IMG/VR virus record: IMGVR_UViG_3300010354_000522
Location: 1-26,778 of that record
DNA: 26,778 nt
Source: a virus
Lineage: Duplodnaviria; Caudoviricetes
Reading direction: 5' to 3' (one strand)
Below are positions 8,172 through 17,495 of the stretch, piece by piece; position 1 is the stretch's first letter, and each line of letters opens with the position of its first letter. Made by a program: the position numbers and the translations under genes. The notes beneath the pieces were generated by a model, which was not told where the DNA came from, searched no databases, and saw only the letters and a program-made list of their open reading frames with translations.

Positions 8172-9207
8172 ACTTTACGCTCTTTCATTTTTCTCTAATC
8201 CTGCAGCAGATAGGGCTTTTTTCTCTATATATGACACAGCAAAATATGATGAGGAGACAAAAAAAAGTTTTATAGATAAAAATAAATCATATGAATACGT
8301 TAATGACAATGGAATAGTTGATTTTGATGGAAAATCATCCCCATACTCAATGAGAAAATTTTCAGAAAATCCGCACTATGCGTGTATTGGCTGCTCGTAC
8401 ACTGTTTCAAAAGGGCTTCCGGTTGATTATTCGTGGCCATCAATCGTTGAGCTGTTTACTGGCAAAACAGTAAATAATTACTCAGAAGTTGGGGCTGGGT
8501 ATAGAAAAATATCAGCTCTCACTATGGATGCGTCCGCGAAATTCGGACCTCCAAAGCATGTTCTAGCGCTAATGCCTGACCCGTATAGGTTGTGGTTTCC
8601 CTACTCTTGGATTAATAGCGCTGAAGGCAATGAATCTAATGCCGATGGAGGTGTTGAAGACGGAAGAATAATATTTGGTCATGCCTACTGGGAAAAAACA
8701 TTTGATTCATATATGCACAACAATATGGGGTTGGGAAATAAGCCACTACGGCTTGTCGATCACATGGGTAAAAAACATTTAATATCGCCAGAAACAGTTG
8801 CTTTTTCCAATATGTCAGCACTTCATTCCTTAAAGAAAATATTTGAATCTATGGAAATACCATTCGATTGTATGACTTGGTTTCATTCCAACTACCCGTC
8901 CCTTGCTGACTCTCATGATGTTTTCACCATTAAAAGAAAATCTGAACTGCGTCTCGAAACATCCACTAATCAGATAGCCAGATTTAGAGAAATGGAGATG
9001 AAGATAGGTGGAGATGGAAGGTGGAGGAGGCATGGCGCGCCATCAAGACTTGAGACGTGTGATCATGTACCACTGACAGAAAGTCAGGAGAAATTTTGGT
9101 ACATATCAATAAATAGCCAACACCCCGGTCTGCATGATCAAATACATTACGCTGAGCAAATGCTGGGAGAAGAGATACCAGCTTCAATACTGGAGGAAAT
9201 GCCGTGA
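8134..9207 (+). CDS. SGNH/GDSL-hydrolase-like protein (paralog 2)
   Basis: CIGCSYTVSKGL..YSWPSIV, VNNYSEVGAG, VLALMPDPYRLW and QHPGLHDQIHYAE are collinear with 6310..7377. The start is ATG 8134 or 8092. Confidence 0.6.
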   Translation: MRKIKNQLLNPNELYALSFFSNPAADRAFFSIYDTAKYDEETKKSFIDKNKSYEYVNDNGIVDFDGKSSPYSMRKFSENPHYACIGCSYTVSKGLPVDYSWPSIVELFTGKTVNNYSEVGAGYRKISALTMDASAKFGPPKHVLALMPDPYRLWFPYSWINSAEGNESNADGGVEDGRIIFGHAYWEKTFDSYMHNNMGLGNKPLRLVDHMGKKHLISPETVAFSNMSALHSLKKIFESMEIPFDCMTWFHSNYPSLADSHDVFTIKRKSELRLETSTNQIARFREMEMKIGGDGRWRRHGAPSRLETCDHVPLTESQEKFWYISINSQHPGLHDQIHYAEQMLGEEIPASILEEMP

Positions 9208-9338
9208 TATTCGGAAAGAGAGCAAGGGTAAGATTTTTTAGGTTTCTTACCTTTTTTTCGCTACTACGGTCAAGAGCTAAGGTTATTTTATTTAAGAAAA
9301 TTAAAAATAAAGAAGACAAAGATTTCTATTTATACTAA
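9204..9338 (+). CDS. Small basic 44-aa protein upstream of the carbamoyltransferase (not in the ORF track)
   Basis: The GTG start overlaps the previous TGA (GTGA), with GGAGG at 9192-9196. Translation: MIFGKRARVRFFRFLTFFSLLRSRAKVILFKKIKNKEDKDFYLY*. It fills the gap up to 6 nt before the next ATG. Confidence 0.6.
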   Translation: MIFGKRARVRFFRFLTFFSLLRSRAKVILFKKIKNKEDKDFYLY

Positions 9339-9344
9339 TTATTT

Positions 9345-10826
9345 ATGATCAAAAATAATATTATATGGGGAATAAATGACTCGTCCCACGACGCCGCATT
9401 GAGCGTTGTTGTTGATGGACAAATAAAATTTGCTGCGCATTCAGAGCGCTATGACAAAATTAAAAATTCATTTTCCATATCCCCGGAGCTGCTGGATGAT
9501 GCACTTGCGTACGGTACGCCATCATCCGTAGCTTATTTCGAAAAAAGAATGCTGAAAAAAGCAAGAAGAACACTATTCGGTGGCATAAATGGTGAATATA
9601 AAAATTTGTATAGAGATAAGTTTGAATATCTAAAGTCAATAAAGGAAAAACAATATAGCCACCACCTATCTCATGCTGCTGCCGGTTACTATACGTCCAC
9701 ATTCACGAATGCAACGATTATCGTCATAGATGCTATTGGAGAGTTTGAAACAGCAACAATATGGCAAGCATCTGGTAGATCAATCAGTAAGAAATTTTCT
9801 CTTCGCTACCCAGTATCTTTTGGACTTTTTTACAGCGCCTTCACCCACTTGCTTGGACTTGAGCCAGGGAAAGAGGAATACATATTGATGGGGATGGCTG
9901 GATTTGGAGATAAATCCATATTTAAATCAACAGTTAATTCTTATTTTCCCAATTTCAATCACCAGCCCATAAATATGCACAAAGGAATCCCCAATTGGCC
10001 CAATACGGTGATGTCCGAACAGGACAGATATGACATAGCTGCCTCCGTCCAGTCGGTATATGAGGATCGCCTATTGGAAATAATGGGATTTGCCCAAAGT
10101 TTATCTAGTTCTAAAAATCTTGTATTCATGGGCGGCTGTGCGCTCAACTGCAAGGCGAATGCATTAATAAGCGACATGTGGAGAAATGTTTGGATAATGC
10201 CAAATCCAGGTGATGCTGGGTCTAGTCTCGGCGCAGCTTTAGCGGAATATGGGGGGCATGTCGAATGGCATGGTCCATACCTAGGGAAAAATATTTCTGG
10301 AGATTATCCAGTTTCCAAGATAATAAGTGAACTTACGAATAGCGGCATAGTTGCTGTTGCGTCTGGACGAGCTGAGTTCGGGCCGCGAGCATTGGGTAAT
10401 AGGAGCATTCTTGCTGATCCGAGGACTTTTGGAAACAAGGATGCCGTAAACAAAATTAAGAAGAGAGAGAAGTTTAGGCCATTCGCTCCAGTTGTGATGG
10501 CTGAACATGCATCTGAGTGGTTCGAAATGGATGGCGAGTCTCCATACATGCAGTTTGCCGTTAGGTGCAAAAACCCATCCCTGATACCAGCAGTTGTTCA
10601 CGTGGATGGCACGAGCAGGGTTCAGACAGTGACAGCCAAACAGCATCCTGGCCTGTACAGAGTTCTAAAGGAATGGAAAAATATATCTGGAGTTCCAATT
10701 CTTTTAAACACAAGTTTAAATATAAAAAATCAACCATTACTAAATGATGAGGTTGATGCAGCAGTTTGGGCTGCAGAAAATAGTGAAATATCAATACTCG
10801 GTGGTGAATCGCAGATCTTTAATTAA
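9345..10826 (+). CDS. O-carbamoyltransferase, NodU/CmcH/TobZ family
   Basis: Motifs: SHDAA, HHLSHAA, VIDAIGE, EYILMGMAGFG, GGCALN, PGDAGSSLGAA, EFGPRALGNRSILADP, KKREKFRPFAP, VHVDGTSRVQTV and LLNTSLN. Confidence 0.95.
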   Translation: MIKNNIIWGINDSSHDAALSVVVDGQIKFAAHSERYDKIKNSFSISPELLDDALAYGTPSSVAYFEKRMLKKARRTLFGGINGEYKNLYRDKFEYLKSIKEKQYSHHLSHAAAGYYTSTFTNATIIVIDAIGEFETATIWQASGRSISKKFSLRYPVSFGLFYSAFTHLLGLEPGKEEYILMGMAGFGDKSIFKSTVNSYFPNFNHQPINMHKGIPNWPNTVMSEQDRYDIAASVQSVYEDRLLEIMGFAQSLSSSKNLVFMGGCALNCKANALISDMWRNVWIMPNPGDAGSSLGAALAEYGGHVEWHGPYLGKNISGDYPVSKIISELTNSGIVAVASGRAEFGPRALGNRSILADPRTFGNKDAVNKIKKREKFRPFAPVVMAEHASEWFEMDGESPYMQFAVRCKNPSLIPAVVHVDGTSRVQTVTAKQHPGLYRVLKEWKNISGVPILLNTSLNIKNQPLLNDEVDAAVWAAENSEISILGGESQIFN

Positions 10827-10846
10827 TGTTGTAGCATGATGCGCTG

Positions 10847-11485
10847 ATGACATTCTTTGAAGAAAAATCACTTGTTGAGCCCGGCCACTTTGGCAATTCA
10901 AGCAAGAATATATTAATCATAAAAGATTTTGTTGATAAAAAAGATCTCGAGGTGATGCAGAATTTTTTTCCATCGATATCAGAGTGGGAAAATGGCAAGG
11001 ATGACGAATTCAATGATGACGGAACATGCATATATGACTCATCGTATTGGCGGGATAGAATGTGCAGCGGTGAGATCCTGAAAAGGATATCACCAGAGAT
11101 TTTCAGCCTTATTGATAAATATATACACAGAATGGCCGAGGCCATATCTGAAAAGTATGACGTGACAGTTTCATGTAGGCCTCCCGTTCTTGTCCGGTGG
11201 CTTCCCGGGAATAGCCAATCACCACATGCTGATAAACAGCTAAATGATGGAACCCCAAACCCATTTCCTACATATGATTTGAATTCAGTAATTTACTGGA
11301 ATGACCACTTTACTGGTGGTGAAATATACTACCCACAGCACGGTATTGAGGTTGAGATAAAACCGGGCCTTGCAGTTGCCCATCCCGGGGATATAAATTA
11401 CCTGCATGGCGTTAAGGAGATACTCTCTGGCGAACGCTGGACAACACCTTCTTTTTATACAATAACAAAACTAGGGAGAGAATAA
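10847..11485 (+). CDS. Fe(II)/2OG dioxygenase, prolyl-4-hydroxylase-like
   Basis: Motifs: PHAD, VIYWNDHFTGGEIYY and YLHGVKEILSGERWT. Confidence 0.9.
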   Translation: MTFFEEKSLVEPGHFGNSSKNILIIKDFVDKKDLEVMQNFFPSISEWENGKDDEFNDDGTCIYDSSYWRDRMCSGEILKRISPEIFSLIDKYIHRMAEAISEKYDVTVSCRPPVLVRWLPGNSQSPHADKQLNDGTPNPFPTYDLNSVIYWNDHFTGGEIYYPQHGIEVEIKPGLAVAHPGDINYLHGVKEILSGERWTTPSFYTITKLGRE

Positions 11486-11486
11486 A

Positions 11487-12182
11487 ATGGAAGTAGCCGG
11501 TTATCTTGGGCATGCAAATGCTGGAATTGTTCTTTACAAGAACGTTTGGCCATCTGACTCCAACTTTGTAGAGCGACTTGAAGCCGTTCTTACTGACAGC
11601 GCCAGTGATAGATACAAGTGGAATCAGGCGATGGTTGGCGATCAGGTAATTATGAAAGATTACAGAGACTGCTTTGATTTCAAGTTGCGACAGAGCGATA
11701 TTCCTATTACTGATGAGAATTATTCAGATCTAGGCGCTATTTATACAGAAGTTATATCTGGTGTTAGAGAGTGCGTAAAGCACTATTCTGGTCTGTATAA
11801 CCTCTCCCTGGAATATGAAGAGGCTACAAATTTCGTCAAGTATGGAGAGGGGCAGCACTTCTCCGTTCACCCAGACTCTGGTTTTTCTTACAGCTGTGCA
11901 GTCTCGGCAATTGGCTACATCAATGGCGGTTACGAGGGTGGTGATTACTACATGCCATATCAGGGTCTTAAATTCTTCCCAGAAATGGGTGATGTAATCA
12001 TCCACCCGTCTGATTTCATCTACGCACACGCCTCAATGCCTGTGACGAAGGGTACGAAATATTCTGCAGTCACAATGTATGACTACAACGACAGAAATCA
12101 TCAGACTGGAAGTTATGGGTCAAATGTGTCTACAACTTCTGGTCTAGCAGCTGCATCTGGTCAGGTTTCCAGCATTTCATGA
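11487..12182 (+). CDS. Fe(II)/2OG dioxygenase, prolyl-4-hydroxylase-like
   Basis: Motifs: VKYGEGQHFSVHPD, GYINGGYEGG and YAHASMPVTKGTKYS. Confidence 0.9.
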   Translation: MEVAGYLGHANAGIVLYKNVWPSDSNFVERLEAVLTDSASDRYKWNQAMVGDQVIMKDYRDCFDFKLRQSDIPITDENYSDLGAIYTEVISGVRECVKHYSGLYNLSLEYEEATNFVKYGEGQHFSVHPDSGFSYSCAVSAIGYINGGYEGGDYYMPYQGLKFFPEMGDVIIHPSDFIYAHASMPVTKGTKYSAVTMYDYNDRNHQTGSYGSNVSTTSGLAAASGQVSSIS

Positions 12183-12901
12183 AGGTAGCCCTGACTAGGA
12201 CTCACCAGAATCCACCTCAAATACGGCAGTGCCTAGTTAGGCGCGACTGGATGGACGACACATACAACAAGCATGCATACAAATGCCTTCCCCTTACAGA
12301 GGCAAATACCTCTGGGTGGGAGATGGTTTTGCAGCATGATGTTGTTGTTCAGTGGGATGGTGGTCAGTCAGTTCCGAGAGTTCTCTCTGGTGAGTTTGCA
12401 ACATTCCAAGCAGATGGGCATGAATATCAAAAAGCAATAGTCATGCCAAGTATTGTCGGCATTATGTCATTTACAACTGGATGGACATTTTCTACACCAA
12501 AAAATATATGGACATGGGTATCTGGTGCTCCAAACTATTTCATTGATGGAGCCGTACCCCTAACTGCAACAATCCCGTCGGATTGGTGGCCAGATGAGTT
12601 CAATATGAATTGGAAAATAACGAAAATTGGAGAACCAGTGACATTCCCATCTGGAATGCCATTTATGTTTTTCCAGTTCTACGACACCTCATTGATGCCA
12701 ATGGTTGAATTTGAAGTAGAAAATTATTGGGATAAGCCAGAGCTAATGGATGCCAGGGCCTCCTACGGGGAAGCAAAGATGAGGAAAGTCACCGAGCAGC
12801 CTTGGACATGGATGGGCGGAATAAGGACTGGCCTTGATGAAAAAGGTCAACAGATAGGCCCGCGACACGATGGTCACATGAGATTGGATGAGCCGAAGTG
12901 A
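12179..12901 (+). CDS. DUF6065-like protein of unknown function
   Basis: RRDWMDDT...HAYKCLPLTEANTSGW, GAPNY and DWWP..F.MNWKIT resemble the DUF6065 pattern as recalled. No HMM was run. Confidence 0.6.
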   Translation: MKVALTRTHQNPPQIRQCLVRRDWMDDTYNKHAYKCLPLTEANTSGWEMVLQHDVVVQWDGGQSVPRVLSGEFATFQADGHEYQKAIVMPSIVGIMSFTTGWTFSTPKNIWTWVSGAPNYFIDGAVPLTATIPSDWWPDEFNMNWKITKIGEPVTFPSGMPFMFFQFYDTSLMPMVEFEVENYWDKPELMDARASYGEAKMRKVTEQPWTWMGGIRTGLDEKGQQIGPRHDGHMRLDEPK

Positions 12902-14475
12902 AAAAATTAAAAGGTGGCATTGCTGCTGGACTCAGGTTGGGAAATCTGGGTTTCAAGGTGCGTGGCGTTACGCCAAGGGAAGTGATCGATGATGCGGATT
13001 ACTTTGGTGAAATATTAGTAAGAAACAAAATGATCGGATTTATAGGACTTAATCCCAGCAATGAAGAGTTTTGCGAGATCATGCGTCACATCTATAAGGG
13101 CGATAATGATTACTCTTCTTTGATGCCTGGCTTACTCTTTGACCAAAAACATGCCGGAAACCTGAATACACAGACAGAAGATGTTGAGTGGTTTATAAAT
13201 TCACAGTGGCATATGGATAACCCATTCCTCGAAGAGGTTCCTTCTTATACTGGCGTGAGAATGGATAAATTCACATGCTCGAACGATGTTGGTCAAACGC
13301 ATGTCTATAGTCTCGTCAATGCATATAGAGATTGCCCTGACCATATAAAGCCATATCTTGAAAATGCATATTTGATAAATGCAACTGGGTTTGTTGGCGA
13401 ATCAATAGACGAACTCCCCAAGCACCCGGCGCTCAGAACTCATCCATGCACTGGTGAGACAATGCTTTTCTGGTCTGGCCATGACATGAGACTTGACTCA
13501 GACGATAATCCACAGTGGTTTATCGATCTGAAGAAATACATGCAGGAACAGTTGACGAATCCGGAACTTCGTTACACATGGTGGTGGGGCGAGGGTGACC
13601 TTATTATCTGGGATAACAGGGCAGTTCTCCACTCCTTTTCACCTGGCTGGTCGCATGATCAAAGAGTATTCACTAGATGCGAAGTTGGCAAAGAGAAACC
13701 CAAGTATGAGCCGAATAGAAAGATAGTGGTAAATTCTGACTTTGGGGATACGTGGAGCATAGAGGGTGTAGAGAGAGACAATACAGTAGGACCAAACCCT
13801 GACCATATCCCACTTGTATTTACAAAAGGCATCTATGCGCTGAGCGAATATTCACACCTGTATCAAAAAGTTACAATGTTTGTTTATTCGGAAGATGGAT
13901 CCATCCCAAATGATGTAATAGATTTCCAGAATTCAATAGGCAATGAAGACTTTAAAGTTATTGCAGTTGAACCATGGGTTGGTAGTGATAAATCTGAAGA
14001 CAGAATGCGTAGGTTTTCAAGGGCATACCTTTCAGGACTGCCACTATTCGGGCAAAAGTTCTTATTCACCCAAAATGGCGATCTTGAAAGATGTTTTGGG
14101 CCAGACGATGACTTATTCCGAACCGAGCCATACGAGGACGGAAGACCAGCACCAGTCCCACTTGTAAAAACACTCGTTGAGATGCACCCAGATATGCGGC
14201 ATGCTGGTCATGCTTGGCATTACCCATGCTGGTTTCCACATCAAAGAAAACTGAAATTTAGGCCATGGGATTACCATAATCTTTCATTCTTTGAATACGA
14301 GCAATTCAATGGAGCTCCACCACCAGAGGATTTCCTTGTCCAATTTGCGATAGATAGCGTTTATGGGTGTTTTAATCACATTCAGTCAAATGAAGATAGA
14401 AAAAAATTGATTGAAAGAATCATTGACTACATGCAATACATGATTGATCTTGGTGAGTATGAACGTGATCGGTAA
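12898..14475 (+). CDS. TauD/TfdA-like Fe(II)/2OG dioxygenase fused to an unknown ~250-aa C-terminal domain
   Basis: Motifs: WHMD, GQT...L..AY, HPALRTHPCTGE and W.EGDLIIWDNRAVLH...RVFTR. The GTG start overlaps the previous stop. Confidence 0.85.
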   Translation: MKKLKGGIAAGLRLGNLGFKVRGVTPREVIDDADYFGEILVRNKMIGFIGLNPSNEEFCEIMRHIYKGDNDYSSLMPGLLFDQKHAGNLNTQTEDVEWFINSQWHMDNPFLEEVPSYTGVRMDKFTCSNDVGQTHVYSLVNAYRDCPDHIKPYLENAYLINATGFVGESIDELPKHPALRTHPCTGETMLFWSGHDMRLDSDDNPQWFIDLKKYMQEQLTNPELRYTWWWGEGDLIIWDNRAVLHSFSPGWSHDQRVFTRCEVGKEKPKYEPNRKIVVNSDFGDTWSIEGVERDNTVGPNPDHIPLVFTKGIYALSEYSHLYQKVTMFVYSEDGSIPNDVIDFQNSIGNEDFKVIAVEPWVGSDKSEDRMRRFSRAYLSGLPLFGQKFLFTQNGDLERCFGPDDDLFRTEPYEDGRPAPVPLVKTLVEMHPDMRHAGHAWHYPCWFPHQRKLKFRPWDYHNLSFFEYEQFNGAPPPEDFLVQFAIDSVYGCFNHIQSNEDRKKLIERIIDYMQYMIDLGEYERDR

Positions 14476-15280
14476 ACATCTTGGCGGCGGTGTTGTTCTT
14501 TACGAAGAAGTATTTTCGCTTGACTGGGAGTGGGTTAGGAATTTCTGTCATGCAACCCTGGCTCAGGAGCGTGATGCAATGTACACCCCTGGAGTTGACC
14601 CAATTACCGGGGAAGATGGATACATAAACAAGAGTAACTACTTCTTCAAAAAAGACTCTATTGACGTAATGCCATGGCGTGGAAGTTTGATACATCAAAA
14701 TTCAGACAAAAGGGTTCAGGAAACAATTGACTATCTTGAAGATGTCAAAGACTCATGCCTGCAAGACTATCTGAGGAAATTTCCACTGGCAGGAAAGTGT
14801 ATTTGGTGGAGAATACGTGGACATATAGTTGCCTATCCAAAAGGTTCATTTCTTGGTCTTCACGCAGATATTCAAACAGAATATGAATATGGAAAGCCAC
14901 ATCCAAAAGATCAACTTGCAACTAGAAATATAGTTTCAACAGTCGCATATATCAATGACTGTTTCGACACCGAAGAAGAGAACGATGGAACTGGATTTAC
15001 TGGCGGTCATCACTACTTCAATTACCTCGATATAGCAATAAAGCCCAAAAAGGGTTCTGTAATATTTTTTCCTTCAAATTACGTCGCAGCTCACGAGGTT
15101 CAACCAGTTACATCCGGAACAAGATACTCATACCTTGGCTGGTATTGTCAGGGGACGCCAAATAGTGATGTTCTTGAAAATGTCATTGATCCGATTGCAA
15201 ATCCTGAAGCAGCAAGAATTTCCTCGAACATCTACATGACAACCGGTTATAAGCTAAAAGACAACGGAGATCAGAAATGA
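14459..15280 (+). CDS. Fe(II)/2OG dioxygenase, prolyl-4-hydroxylase-like
   Basis: Motifs: LHAD, VAYIND...FTGG and KPKKGSVIFFPSNYVAAHEVQPVTSGTRYS. ATG 14459 is preferred over TTG 14444. Confidence 0.88.
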   Translation: MNVIGKHLGGGVVLYEEVFSLDWEWVRNFCHATLAQERDAMYTPGVDPITGEDGYINKSNYFFKKDSIDVMPWRGSLIHQNSDKRVQETIDYLEDVKDSCLQDYLRKFPLAGKCIWWRIRGHIVAYPKGSFLGLHADIQTEYEYGKPHPKDQLATRNIVSTVAYINDCFDTEEENDGTGFTGGHHYFNYLDIAIKPKKGSVIFFPSNYVAAHEVQPVTSGTRYSYLGWYCQGTPNSDVLENVIDPIANPEAARISSNIYMTTGYKLKDNGDQK

Positions 15281-16467
15281 AGGTCGGAATACTCCATACT
15301 GGCAAAATGGGATATTCGCTAGCTACGGCGGCAAAGCGCAATGGTCACGACGTTTACTGGGCTTCATCGGGAAGGTCAAATGCCAGTATCGAACGAGGGA
15401 AAAGCGGTGATCTTATTGATTTGGTCACCATTGAGAGAATGTCAACAGAATGTGATGTCATTGTTTCAATATGCATGGGTGCTGGCGTTATGCCGAATGC
15501 AAAATCTGTAATAGACGCAAAATTTTCTGGAATTTACGTAGATGCAAATCACATTGGAGATGCATCGCACGAAGATCATCTTTCAGAGATGCTCAATAGT
15601 GCTGGAATTAGTTATGTTGATGCATCAATATACGGGTGGCCTTATCCGCACGAAAATGATCCAAACGGCGAAAGGACACTTTACCTATTCGGTCAAGATG
15701 CTGGGAAGATTGGTCAAATATTTAATGGCGAAATATTTGAATGCAAAGTTTCAGAAATCTCAGCTAAAGAAATAAAGAGACAAAGGGAAGTTGCAGATAG
15801 GACAAACTGCATGCCTCATATCAACCATGGGTATGGGGTTGTTGAGTTTCCCGATGCCCTAAATATAGACAATAAGTTTATTGATGAATACATGATGAGA
15901 AGAGAAGCCGACGAGCCGCAGGATTACTACATAGACGATGAGGGCTTTTACGTAAATAGGGGCGGGTATAGATTTACAAAATCACAGGTGGACCAAGCTC
16001 CGCGCAGATATCTGAAACTGTTCAACGAGTCATCACCAAAAGAAGATATTGACTTATATAACAACATAGAGATATGTGTTTCAAAGTGCATTAACGCATA
16101 TCGCGGGATATACCCAGAGGTATACGACTGTCTTCAATGGAGAACGGATGCGCATATAGCCTCTTACCCACCTATTGCAGGCATGGGGATGCATCACGAT
16201 AATGCAATAGGTACTGCTGGCAAGAACGAGAATCCAATTTTTAATGTTCTGTCGATGTCGCTGATTCTTTCGGATAGGTGCGAAGGTGGCGAGTTGGAGT
16301 TTAAGTATATAAGCAAGGTATTTAAACCTAAAAATGGGACACTAATTATCTACCCTTCCGGATTTCTTGGCAGTCATGCAGTACGACCCGTTGAGTCAGG
16401 CGTCAGGATTTCCTACCTTGAATTCTTTGGGCATGGGAGCGTTAGTGGCCAGATAAAGCCAATATGA
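15277..16467 (+). CDS. Fusion: NAD(P)-binding Rossmann domain (6PGD/beta-hydroxyacid dehydrogenase-like) plus Fe(II)/2OG dioxygenase
   Basis: N-terminus: KVGILHTGKMG...GHDVYWASSGRS...CDVIVSIC...YVDAN...YVDASIYG. C-terminus: MHHD, EGGELEF and IIYPSGFLGSHAVRPVESGVR. Confidence 0.82.
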   Translation: MKVGILHTGKMGYSLATAAKRNGHDVYWASSGRSNASIERGKSGDLIDLVTIERMSTECDVIVSICMGAGVMPNAKSVIDAKFSGIYVDANHIGDASHEDHLSEMLNSAGISYVDASIYGWPYPHENDPNGERTLYLFGQDAGKIGQIFNGEIFECKVSEISAKEIKRQREVADRTNCMPHINHGYGVVEFPDALNIDNKFIDEYMMRREADEPQDYYIDDEGFYVNRGGYRFTKSQVDQAPRRYLKLFNESSPKEDIDLYNNIEICVSKCINAYRGIYPEVYDCLQWRTDAHIASYPPIAGMGMHHDNAIGTAGKNENPIFNVLSMSLILSDRCEGGELEFKYISKVFKPKNGTLIIYPSGFLGSHAVRPVESGVRISYLEFFGHGSVSGQIKPI

Positions 16468-16482
16468 TATGTTCTAAATCAA

Positions 16483-17160
16483 ATGAAAGTAATCGATAAC
16501 TTCCTAGACAAAGATACTTGTCTGAAAATAATCAATGATCACTCATTTTTCCCCAGATCAATGGGTGATGATGAAAGAATTGCTTCGGAAATAAATTCTT
16601 ACCACAGTGAGCAGTCCGACTGTTTTGCCCCATACATGTTTTGGGATGGGTGGCACAAGTCTCAGCCGAGGACCATCAGGCAAGAAGTTGTAAAGAAGAT
16701 ATGGGAAAATAATCTTCCATTCCCACTGGACGATTTATGTGGTTTTGAGTACTGGACGAGGACATTCAATGCTGGCCAGTATCTTGGGCCACACGTTGAC
16801 GAGGATACTTTCAGATACGCCAAGACGAAAGTTCTCACTGGACCAAGGATAGGGTGCGTCTATTACGGTCCAGAAACAGATGCCGATAACGGTGGATTTC
16901 TCGAAATGTATCCATCGGTAATAGATGATTTTAGTGAAAATGCTCTTGAGCAGGAAATTGTCGCACCACTACTGGTTGACGTATCAAAGAGGGAAAGAAT
17001 TGCCTGTAAAGCAAATAGGCTAATTATCTTTGATGCCGGACACGTTTTACATGGGACTACTCCAGCAATGTCTGGAAAAAGAAACGTCATGGTTGTCAAT
17101 GTGTGGCACAGAAATCTGCCACCAACAGCGCTTGACACTGGCGAGTTCTACTATGAATAA
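16483..17160 (+). CDS. Fe(II)/2OG dioxygenase
   Basis: Motifs: EYWTR, PHVD, VYY...GGFLE and NRLIIFDAGHVLHG...GKR. Confidence 0.82.
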   Translation: MKVIDNFLDKDTCLKIINDHSFFPRSMGDDERIASEINSYHSEQSDCFAPYMFWDGWHKSQPRTIRQEVVKKIWENNLPFPLDDLCGFEYWTRTFNAGQYLGPHVDEDTFRYAKTKVLTGPRIGCVYYGPETDADNGGFLEMYPSVIDDFSENALEQEIVAPLLVDVSKRERIACKANRLIIFDAGHVLHGTTPAMSGKRNVMVVNVWHRNLPPTALDTGEFYYE

Positions 17161-17170
17161 GGCCTTTCCG

Positions 17171-17179
17171 TAGTAAAAT
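17171..17179 (+). promoter_or_regulatory. Putative -10 promoter (TAGTAAAAT) for the small-ORF block
   Basis: It lies in the 63-nt intergenic gap, upstream of an AGGAG RBS (17212-17216) and ATG 17224. Confidence 0.4.
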
Positions 17180-17223
17180 ATTGGCAGTAGATTCGCGCAA
17201 ATCTTACGTACAGGAGAAGGCCA

Positions 17224-17484
17224 ATGGCTACGTTTAAAATAAGTGCACTAGTCCCATCTGATTCAAAGAGGGAGATACTGCAAAGAGCGATGGAGCAAGC
17301 AAGCTCAGAGGTTTTCCGAATTGCAATAGAAGCCTTGATCGACCCAGATACCTTGGGGGAGGGATGGAAAGCTTCTGACTCTGGACTGGAGGAAGGCCAT
17401 TTCCTCTGGGCCTCTGCTGAATTGCTTGAATTTCATCTAAAAAGGTATTTTTCAGCAAAGAATCAGCTAGAAGCGCTTTCATAG
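17224..17484 (+). CDS. Hypothetical small helical protein (IDP family, copy 1)
   Basis: Clear RBS. Shares VFRIAIEALIDPD...W and LLEFHLKR with the next gene. Confidence 0.75.
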   Translation: MATFKISALVPSDSKREILQRAMEQASSEVFRIAIEALIDPDTLGEGWKASDSGLEEGHFLWASAELLEFHLKRYFSAKNQLEALS

Positions 17485-17495
17485 GTCGATTGAAT

